Source: Rhizophagus irregularis
Taxonomy: Eukaryota
DNA length: 64,000 nt
NCBI RefSeq assembly: GCF_026210795.1
Contig: NC_089435.1
Span: forward strand, 992,001-1,056,000
Direction of reading: 5' to 3'
The position numbers and the translations under genes are program-made. The notes under the pieces were generated by a model. That model searched no databases. It saw nothing but the letters and a program-made list of their open reading frames with translations, and had not been told where the DNA came from. Below, piece by piece: positions 26,126 to 35,900 of the stretch (the first letter of the stretch is position 1; each line of letters begins with the position of its first letter).

Positions 26126-27760
26126 ATGCCACCAAAAAAACAGGAATAGTATCAAGCAAAAAGGAGATCAGCTTCCAACTACTACTGTATCAACCCGTGG
26201 CCGCAAGAAGAAAGAAGTGTGTCTGTCACTGCTTTATCAACAAAGGTTAATACTACTACACTGAAACATAGTTACAAGAAAAAAGAGCAAGATCATGTAA
26301 TTAATATACTATTGAGAGATGATGACATCGTACCATTACTAGAAGGTGATTATGAACAACCTGCAAATGTATCACTCGTACCATTACTAGAAGGTGATTA
26401 TGAACAACAAATGTATCACTCGTACCATTACTAGAAGGTGATTATGAACAACCTGCAAATGTATTACTCGTACCATTACTAGAAGGTGATTATGAACAAC
26501 CTGCAAATGTATCACTCATACCATTACTAGAAGGTGATTATGAACAACCTGCAAATGTATCACTCGTACCATTACTAGAAGATGATGATGATCAAGGTAA
26601 ATGGTACTCTGATAAATTTTGCGATTTTTGGTACACCTATTAATTATAATTTTTCCTTAGCTTCAAATCATGCATCAAATAACAATGATGAAGATATTAC
26701 AGCCTTTAATTCTTTTAACTACATTAAGAAATGATATTGATTTGTCTCCAAATCATCCATTAAGTGATCATGATGATATTGAGGTTTCAAACATTATTAG
26801 ACATAAAGAGATCACAAAACGAAGCTTAAATCCATTAAGGCTTCCACTGTTAGTTCCAGCATCAAATAATTCAAACATCAATTCAAATAATTTTTCACCA
26901 TTATTATCAACACCAAATAATTCAAACATCAATCATAATAATGTATCAAGTGGTGCCAGCCAATTTGATAGCATTTTTGGGTTAAATGATGGAGCTATCG
27001 ACTCAGTTCATGGTAGTGTACAAATCCTAACATTTTGAAACAGGCTAATAGTATGTATTCATTAATGCAAGTACTAATGGCGGATGGGAGACGATTTACA
27101 ATGCCTATTTCTTCAAACTCATCAACCTCAGTGCATCATCAAGATGACAAAGTAAGTTTTACATAAATTATTAAAATATTTGTCATAGGTGATGGCTCAT
27201 TGTGACTTCTTAGAGGAACTAAAATGTCTGTTCCTATGAGTTCAAAATCCTCCAAGAAGTGCGCTTGAAAATTTGGCACTCCAGATTATTAACTGTGACT
27301 TAAATTCGAATGAAGGAATCAATTGGCTTAAATAGCCAGTAAGTACTTTTGGTGACTTTCGTAACAAGTTGGTCAATAGTATTCAAATTATTCAAAGAAA
27401 ACAATGCACGGTTAGTGGTTTTCACTTTTACTCATGTAAAATTACGATTAACATTTTTACTAATTAATTTTCTTGAGACTACAGGGAATCAATTAATCCG
27501 CAAATGGAAGAGATTGCTGCATTCGTAGATAAGTCTGTAACGGTCCACGTGCTAAACCGATGGTTAAATGCCACAAAAATGGACGAATTACGAGCCAAAA
27601 TTCAATGGTGAATTTGCATAGATTTGTTATAAGAGCTTTTGCCATAAATTATTATCAAGAGACCCAGAAAAAATGAAAGCTTTAAACAATATAACGCGCA
27701 ATATTTCTGTGCCATCACGAAATGGTAAAAATTACGCCAGCAATTTGCAACTTTAATATT
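26126..27760 (+). pseudogene. Degenerate intron-containing gene inside the CACTA-like element (accessory ORF), with a 16-aa repeat
   Basis: MPPKK start, VPLLEGDYEQPANVSL repeats, GT-AG introns (e.g. 26598-26660), and multiple frameshifts and stops. Confidence 0.6.
26328..26590 (+). repeat. 48-bp coding minisatellite, ~5.5 copies
   Basis: Units start at 26328, 26376, 26420, 26468, 26516 and 26564; the second unit lacks CCTG (4-bp frameshift). Confidence 0.95.
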
Positions 27761-28142
27761 TATTTATCATCGCTATTTTATATTAGTATATTTTATTATT
27801 TTTATAAGTTTTATATAACAAATATTCCTTATTATGATATAACGGATAATACGCTTTTTACAATTATTAGTATTAGAAAAGTATTAAAAATTTTACTAAT
27901 ATATAATTGGCTTTTTATTAAAATGTATTTTATACTTAATAAATAAATGTATCAAAAAAAAAAATAAATGAAGAAATCGGTAAATAATATATAATGCATC
28001 GAAAAAGTATATTAGATTAATTGTTTCAGCTAATTTTCGATGATATTTCCTAGCTATTTAAGACCATGTCACAACCATGTCACAACTTCGACAAGACTAC
28101 GAAAAAGCCTGTCATCAATGGTTCCACAAGATAGTCCGACAC

Positions 28143-28395
28143 CATCTTCCCCAGTATCGCCAGAAAATTTTTTCACCCCCACGTGACCCTAAATAATTTG
28201 TCACTTGTGTCACATCCCTCCACTTTCTCATTTTTTATAAGTATTCTGGGGACTTAGATTTTTTTCGGTGTCTAAAATCCTATTCGTCACACGTTATTCG
28301 ACACATGGTTAATTTCTTAATTCCAGCCAAATCTTATAATGCCGGCCAAAGTCACGTGGGGGTGAAAAAATTTTCTGGCGATACTGGGGTAGATG
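28143..28395. mobile_element. 253-bp hAT-like MITE
   Basis: ~44-bp TIR (catcttccccagtatcgccagaaaattttttcacccccacgtgac, one mismatch) and a perfect 8-bp TSD TCCGACAC (28135-28142, 28396-28403). Confidence 0.92.
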
Positions 28396-28617
28396 TCCGA
28401 CACCACGATAGTCACGTGTCTGATACTAGATCGTTGTGATTTATTGGCGATCACTTATGGGTTTCTGCAATGTAATCACCACTTTTGCATATAATACATT
28501 TTGCATAAATATTGTTACCATATTTATTCATACTAATAAAGGCGTTTAATAATAAAAAAAAAAGAAAAAAAGATATTTACTTTATCTTTTTCAATTAGGG
28601 AGAATTTTGATATAGCA

Positions 28618-31600
28618 ATGGGTGGTAAAGGTAAAGCATACAGTATAACATGAATAATAATATAAATTAGATTTATCAAAATTATTAAAACAAATTTGTA
28701 ATGTAATAAAACTAGTTTTGTGTGATACCAAAGAACATATAATATATGAAACAAAATTGAAATATTAAGATTTTTATTTATTAAATAAACTTAATTGGTA
28801 ATAATCAAATATAATTAAACCAAATTTGCAATTTAACAAACTAGTTTCCAGCAATATCAAAGAATTTGAAGAAAGTGGTACTGAAGAATTTGAAAGTAGT
28901 AGTATTGAGAAATTTGAAGGAAGTAACACCAAGGAATCAAAAGGTATATCAAACAAGCTGAAATATTAAGTTTTATTTATAAACAATTCAAATACTACTA
29001 GACTAACTATATTATATAAATATTATATTAAATACTTAGCTTGTAAGTTAATATAATTGAATAAAGATAAATTACTCATTAATTTTATTGTATTTCATAT
29101 AACTAAATAATTTATTAATGATTAATAATACTGTAGTTAGTAAGTTATCGGTTATTTAAATCTTTAGTCCTCTACTTTATTTATTTTACATAACATTCAA
29201 ATAACTAAATTCTTTGTCTATATAACTATTTAATAATTGATTATATTACAGATGGTAAGCTATAGTAATATATATATTATATTTATTTGTTTAATATTTT
29301 ACATAATTCAACTAATTATATTCTTAATTTAATTAACTAGATTGTAAGTAATATATATGATTTACAGTAAATACTTTTATATTATCTTTATATCTAACAA
29401 ATTAATAATTAATACTATAGGGTGTAAGTTATATGATGTCTATATTTATATTATTTATATAATTTAACTAATTTCTTTATTTGAAAAATTATTAAATAAT
29501 ATAGTTCGTAAGTTATTTATTTAATTCTATTATTACTTATTATTATAACATTTACATATAATTTAAACTAACTAATTTCTTTATTTAAAAAATTATTTTG
29601 TAATTATTTTAGTTGGTAAGTTATAAGTTATTTACTTAATTCTATTATTACTTATTGGTTATAATATTTACATATAATTTAAACTAAATAATTTATTTAT
29701 TTTAAAAATTATTTTATAGATAGTAAGTTAATTATTTAATTCTATTATTACTTATTGTTATAATATTTACATATAATTTAAACTAACTAATGTCTTTATT
29801 TAAAAAATTATTAAATAATATAGTTTGTAAGTTATTTATTTAATTATATTATTACTTTTGTTATAATATTTACATATAATTTAAACTAACTAATTAATAT
29901 AGTTTGTAAGTTATTTATTTAATTCTATTATTACTTATTGTTATAATATTTACATATAATTTAAACTAACTAATTTCTTTATTTTAAAAATTATTAAATA
30001 ATATAGGGAGTAAGTTAATTATTTAATTCTATTATTACTTATTGCTATAATATTTACATATAATTTAAACTAACTAATTTCTTTATTTAAAAAATTATTA
30101 AATAATATAGAGAGTAAGTTATTTATTTAATTCTATTATTACCTATTGTTATAATATTTACATATAATTTTAACTAACTAATTTCTTTATTTAAAAAATT
30201 ATTAAATAATATAGTTTGTAAGTTATTTATTTAATTCTATTATTACTTTTGTTATAATATTTACATATAATTTAAACTAACTAATTTCTTTTTTTAAAAA
30301 ATTATTAAATAATATAGCGAGTAAGTTATTTATTTAATTCTATTATTACTTATTGTTATAATATTTACATACAATTTAAACTAACTAATTTCTTTATTTA
30401 AAAAATTATTAAATAATATAGGGAGTAAGTTAATTATTTAATTCTATTATTACTTATTGTTATAATACTTACATATAATTTAAACTAACTAATTTCTTCA
30501 TTTAATTTATTTTAGTGGGTAAGTTATAAGTTATTTATTTAGTTCTATTATTACTTATTGGTTATAATATTTACATATAATTTAAACTAAATAATTTATT
30601 TATTTTAAAAATTATTTTATAGATAGTAAGTTATATATTTAATTCTATTATTACTTATTGTTATAATATTTACATATAATTTAAACTAACTAATTTCTTC
30701 ATTTAAAAAATTATTTTGTAATTTATTTTAGTTGGTAAGTTATAAGTTATTTATTTAATTCTATTATTACTTTTGTTATAATATTTACATATAATTTAAA
30801 CTAACTAATTTCTTTTTTTAAAAATTATTAAATAATAAAGCGAGTAAGTTATTATTTAATTCTATTATCGCTTATTGATATAATATTTACATATAATTTT
30901 AACTAACTAATTTCTTTATTTAAAAAATTATTAATAATATAGGGGGTAAGTTATTTATTTAATTCTATTATTACTTATTGTTATAATATTTACATATAAT
31001 TTAAACTAACTAATTTATTTATTTAAAAAATTATTAAATAATATAGAGAGTAAGTTATTTATTTAATTCTACTATTACTTATTGTTATAATATTTACATA
31101 TAATTTAAACTAACTAATTTTTTCATTTAAAAAATTATTTTGTAATTTATTTTAGTTGGTAAGTTATAAGTTATTTATTTAATTCTATTATTACTTTTGT
31201 TATAATATTTACATATAATTTAAACTAACTAATTTCTTTTTTTAAAAATTATTAAATAATATAGCGAGTAAGTTATTTATTTAATTCTATTATTACTTAT
31301 TGTTATAATATTTACATATAATTTAAACTAACTAATTTCTTTATTTAAAAAATTATTTTGTAATTTACTTTAGTGGGTAAGTTATAAGTTATTTATTTAG
31401 TTCTATTATTACTTATTGGTTATAATATTTACATATAATTTAAACTAAATAATTTATTTATTTTAAAATTATTTTATAGATAGTAAGTTATTTATTTAAT
31501 TCTATTATTACTTATTGTTATAATATTTACATATAATTTAAACTAACTAATTTCTTTATTTAAAAAAATATTTTGTAATTTATTTTAGTTGGTAAGTTAT

Positions 31601-34451
31601 GATAACCCAGAAAATTCTTCTATCACGTGACATGTTTATATTTGGGAAATTGGTTCCTTTTTTGGCTTTTTTGGTGTAATGATATTTTGCATTAATAAGT
31701 TATTTATTTAATTCTACTATTACTTATTGTTATAATATTTACATATAATTTAAACTAACTAATTTCTTCATTTAAAAAATTATTAAATAATACAGTTTGT
31801 AAGTTATTTATTTAATTCTATTATTACTTTTGTTATAATATTTACATATAATTTAAACTAACTAATTTCTTTTTTTAAAAATTATTAAATAACATAGCGA
31901 GTAAGTTATTTATTTAATTCTATTATTACTTTTGTTATAATATTTACATATAATTTAAACTAACTAATTTCTTTATTTAAAAAATTATTTTGTAATTTAT
32001 TTTAGTTGGTAAGTTATAAGTTATTTATTTAATTCTATTATTACTTTTGTTATAATATTTACATATAATTTAAACTAACTAATTTCTTTATTTAAAAATT
32101 ATTAAATAACATAGCGAGTAAGTTTAATATTTATTTAATTCTATTATTACTTATTGTTATAATATTTACATATAATTTAAACTAACTAATTTTTTTATTT
32201 AAAAATTATTAAATTATTAAATAATATAGTGTGTAAGTTATTTATTTAATTCTATTATTACTTATTGTTATAATATTTACATATAATTTAAACTAACTAA
32301 TTTCTTTATTTAAAAATTATTTTATAGATGGTAAGGTTTTTATTTAATTCTATTATTACTTATTGTTATAATATTTACATATAATTTAAACTAACTAATT
32401 TCTTTATTTAAAAAATTATTAAAATTAATATTAGGGGGTAAGTTATTTAATTCTATTATTACTTATTGTTATAATATTTACATATAATTTAAACTAACTA
32501 ATTTTTTTATTTTAAAAATTATTTTGTTATTTATTTTAGTTGGTAAGTTATAAGTTATTTATTAATTCTATTATTAACTTATTGTTATAATATTTACATA
32601 TAATTTAAACTAACTAATTTCTTTATTTATTTAATAGATCGTAAGTTATAAGTTATTTATTTAATTCTATTATTACTTATTGTTATAATGTTTACATATA
32701 ATTTAAACTAACTAATTTCTTTATTTATTTAATAGATCGTAAGTTATAAGTTATTTATTTAATTCTATTATTACTTATTGTTATAATATTTACATATAAT
32801 TTAAACTAACTAATTTCTTTATTTAAAAATTATTTTACAGATGGTAAGTTTTTTATTTAATTCTATTATTATTATTGTTATAACATTTAATATAATTTAA
32901 ACTAACTAATTTCTTTATTTAAAAAATTATTTTTGATCTAGCTTGTAAGTATCTCTATCATTATATATTTTATATAGTATTTATTTGTTAACTGAATTCT
33001 TTCATTTGAAAAATATCTGTTACTTTAGTTGGTAAGTTGTAAAATGTAAATTATAGGTTATTATATGTATTTATCCAAAAATTAAGACTTATATTATATT
33101 ACATTAAATTCCTAATTAAATTTTAGAGTAAGTAATAATTTGTTTTGTGTATATTATAATACAGTCTATAATATCTATAATATAATTTTAATTATTTAAA
33201 TTTATAGATTTGGGAAAAGTAGAAATACAATTATGGATGATTTTATCCTTGAAAAAAGATTAAGATGGATTCCTTATAACAAATTTAAAAATATTGAATA
33301 TTTTAGTGAAGGAGGATTTGGTACTATATACAAAGCTATTTGGTTAAAGAATAATGGAGATGAAGAAGTAATTCTTAAATGTCACAAGAATTTAAATGAA
33401 AATTTAAATGAATTTTTAAAAGAAGTATGATAGTATATTATTTCCATTTTTTAATTTAAATTAAAATTAATAAATTATTATTATTTTTTATAGTGGAAAT
33501 ATCATACAAATGTTTTAAGTTCGAATGATATTATATTTTTTTATGGATTTACAGAAGATCCAAATACTTCAAAATATATGGTAGTAATGGAATATGCAAA
33601 TAAAGGTAATTTAAGAGAAAATTTAACAAGAATAGTCAAAAATAATTGGAATCAAAAATTATATATGTTGTACGAAATTATTTCTGGACTTAGTGAAATA
33701 CATAAAAAAAATCTTATTCATTGTGATTTTCATGATGGTAATATTTTAAATCATAATCATGAGGATAAGGATAAAATTTATGTGTGTGATTTAGGATTAT
33801 GCCAACCTGTAAAATCATTTTTGAAAAAGTATGATGTTTATGGTGTAATGCCATTTATGGCTCCAGAAGTTTTAAGAGGTAAATCTTATACTCCAGCTAG
33901 TGATATATATAGTTTTTCTATGATTATGTGGGAACTTACATCCGGGGTACCACCATTTAATAATAGAGCACATGATATGCAACTTAGTTTTAGTATTTGT
34001 AAAGGTGAACGTCCTGAAATTATTGAAAATACTCCACAATGTTATGTAGATTTAATGAAAGAATGTTGGAATGAAGATTTATCAAAAAGACCATCTTCTA
34101 AAGAAGTATTAAAAATTATTGAAAAATGGATTTTCTGTCCTCCTTATGATGAAATTAATGAAGAATTAAAAAGCAACATTATGGAATTTATAAATGCACC
34201 AATTAGGCAGTATAACAATCTTGTTATTGAATCACATCCACAAGCATGCTATACAAGTCGCTTACTTGATTTTACTAGTAAAAAATTGAATGAAATGATA
34301 GCAAGTGAAGGTTTGAGTGAATATATGGTTAATTCGAAGCCATTAGGTATGTAATATAGTATATAAAGAAAATTAATCTTGCAAATTATTTGTGTGAAAT
34401 TAATTTTATTTAATATTTAATTATTTAGATATTAAAACAGATGAAAATTAA
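28618..34451 (+). CDS. Micro-exon protein kinase (TKL-type), predicted 45 coding exons and 440 aa: 28618-28630, 28845-28943, 39 x 3-nt exons (29040-33031), 1-nt exon 33127, 33208-33424, 33494-34346, 34429-34451
   Basis: All junctions are GT..AG and total coding length is 1323 nt with no internal stop. Protein: MGGKVSSNIKEFEESGTEEFESSSIEKFEGSNTKESK-AFNDWFLDIFWKISRMDIAREIAMDIVSIAMYGVDHHAFE-FGKSRNTIMDDFI..EGGFG..VILK..HCDFHDGNIL..DLG..APE..DIKTDEN*. The kinase part is near-certain; the N-terminal splicing is inferred. Confidence 0.85.
29040..33207 (+). repeat. Tandem array of ~100-110-bp intron + micro-exon units
   Basis: Each unit is GTAAG donor .. AAACTAACTAAT branch-point-like motif .. AG acceptor + 3 variable nt. 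The core (~29460-32940) is highly homogeneous; the flanking units are divergent. Confidence 0.95.
31600..31695. mobile_element. 96-bp foreign insertion in one array intron
   Basis: Splits the usual gtaagtta|taagttattt with an unrelated, GC-richer sequence (tgataacccagaaaattc..gcattaa). Confidence 0.7.
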
Positions 34452-34553
34452 CTAATTATTGTTTGTTTTTAAAAAAATTTATAGTTTTTTTAAGTGATAT
34501 TTGATATTACACATTCAAAAGAAATTTTATTTTATTTTATTCTTTTTAAACTT

Positions 34554-34720
34554 ATTTAAACACTAAGGCTAGAGTAGTAAAATATTTTACAAGTCTCTTA
34601 GTTTGTAATTTAAATAATTCTTTTTCACTTTTTTTTTATTATACTTAGAATATTTAAACACTAAGATTAGAGTAGAAGATATTTTACAAGTTTCTTAGTT
34701 TGTAATTTAAATAAATCTTT
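34554..34720. repeat. ~97-bp-period direct duplication in the kinase 3' region
   Basis: atttaaacactaagg/a..tagagtag..atattttacaagt..cttagtttgtaatttaaataa occurs at ~34554 and ~34652. Confidence 0.75.
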
Positions 34721-35189
34721 TTTTATAACTTTTACAATTATGAGATATAAATTATCAAAATAATAATACAAAACCATTTCCAAAGATAATGTAAAATTTT
34801 TTATACTTATTTCAATAGCTAATTGTATTTAATCTATATTTGTTGACTTTTAAATATTTTGATAAGAAACTACACCAAGCTGGATTATATAATGCATCAG
34901 TTATTTATTTTTCTTAATAAACTAAAGTCTTCTAACTTTATTCTACTGTATTTCGAATTTCGATGTACAAGTAAAAATGTACATGCTAAAATGAATATAT
35001 GTAATAATTTATTGCTTAATGTAATTAAATTAAAAAAAAAAATTCAAACGTACAATAAATTATTATACTACAAATCACAGTAAACAATTCACTTGTTAAT
35101 AATAATAATAAGAAGAATCGGGAAAAAAGGCAATTACCGTGGTGCCGCAGCATCAATTCGATCACTGATCTAAATCTAAATGGTTTAAG

Positions 35190-35900
35190 AATGTGGTTCA
35201 GAAAAAAATTTGGTTTGAAAAAAAAGGCCAAACCGAAAAAGAAAAGGTGAAAAAAATTTTCAGATTGGGAAAGAAGTCAAAAGCAAACCTGAAAAAAGAA
35301 AAGTGAAAAAAGAAAAAGGATAAAAAAGGAAATCAGTTTAAAAAAAGGGAAATTTTCAAAAAAAAGAATCCGTAAAAAAAAAAATTCTGAAAAAAAAGGA
35401 CAAATAATCCGGTCCAAAAAGACCGAAAAAAAAAATTTTAAAAAAAATTAATAATACGGTCTAAAAAAAGACTGAAAAAATAATAATATAAAAAATCAGT
35501 CTTGAAAGACCAAAACAATAGGATTATTTAATAAAAAAAAAAAATTCAGTTTGGGAAAAAAACCAAACCTAAACGGGGAAAGAATGAAAAAAAACCTAAA
35601 AAATTCTCGTGTTGAAAAAAAAACCAAACCGAAAAAAGAAAGAGGAAAAAAAAATGAAAATTTTTTAAAAAAAGGAAAAAAAAAGGAAAAGAAAAAGGAA
35701 AAAGGTGGTTCGAAAGAGAAAAGAGGAAATTTAAGAAAAATAAAGAACCGAAAGTAAAAGATCGATTCAAGAAAAAAAAAAATTAAAAAAAAAGGGAACT
35801 GAAAGAATTCAAATCAGTTCGAAAGAAAAGGAAAAAATTTTAAAAATGGGTTTAAAAAAAAATGAAAAAATAAAAAAATAAATCGGTAGTCAAAAAAAAT
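35190..35900. repeat. A-rich low-complexity region with recurring aaaccgaaaaa/atcggt motifs, probably transposon-derived
   Basis: Poly-A runs punctuated by short GC motifs; the ORFs here are K-rich or F-rich artefacts. Confidence 0.5.

Larger units (their letters stand above)
21354..28472. mobile_element. ~7.1-kb CACTA/EnSpm(CMC)-like DNA transposon, degenerate, with nested insertions
   Basis: Perfect 12-bp TIR CATTGCAGAAAC (21354-21365) / GTTTCTGCAATG (28461-28472), TA on both flanks, and the subterminal motif gaccatgtca at both ends (~21389 and ~28062). Confidence 0.7.

Noticed and set aside
29040..33207. CRISPR array or plain satellite interpretation
   Set aside because: The context is eukaryotic with no cas genes. 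The 'spacers' are only 3 nt and are bounded by AG/GT splice signals that yield an open frame.
33233..33430. ATG 33233 as the kinase start
   Set aside because: It is possible, but an acceptor at 33207 and the in-frame homologous residues FGKSRNTI upstream indicate an internal Met.
35025..35770. K-rich and F-rich ORFs
   Set aside because: Products of poly-A/T low complexity.
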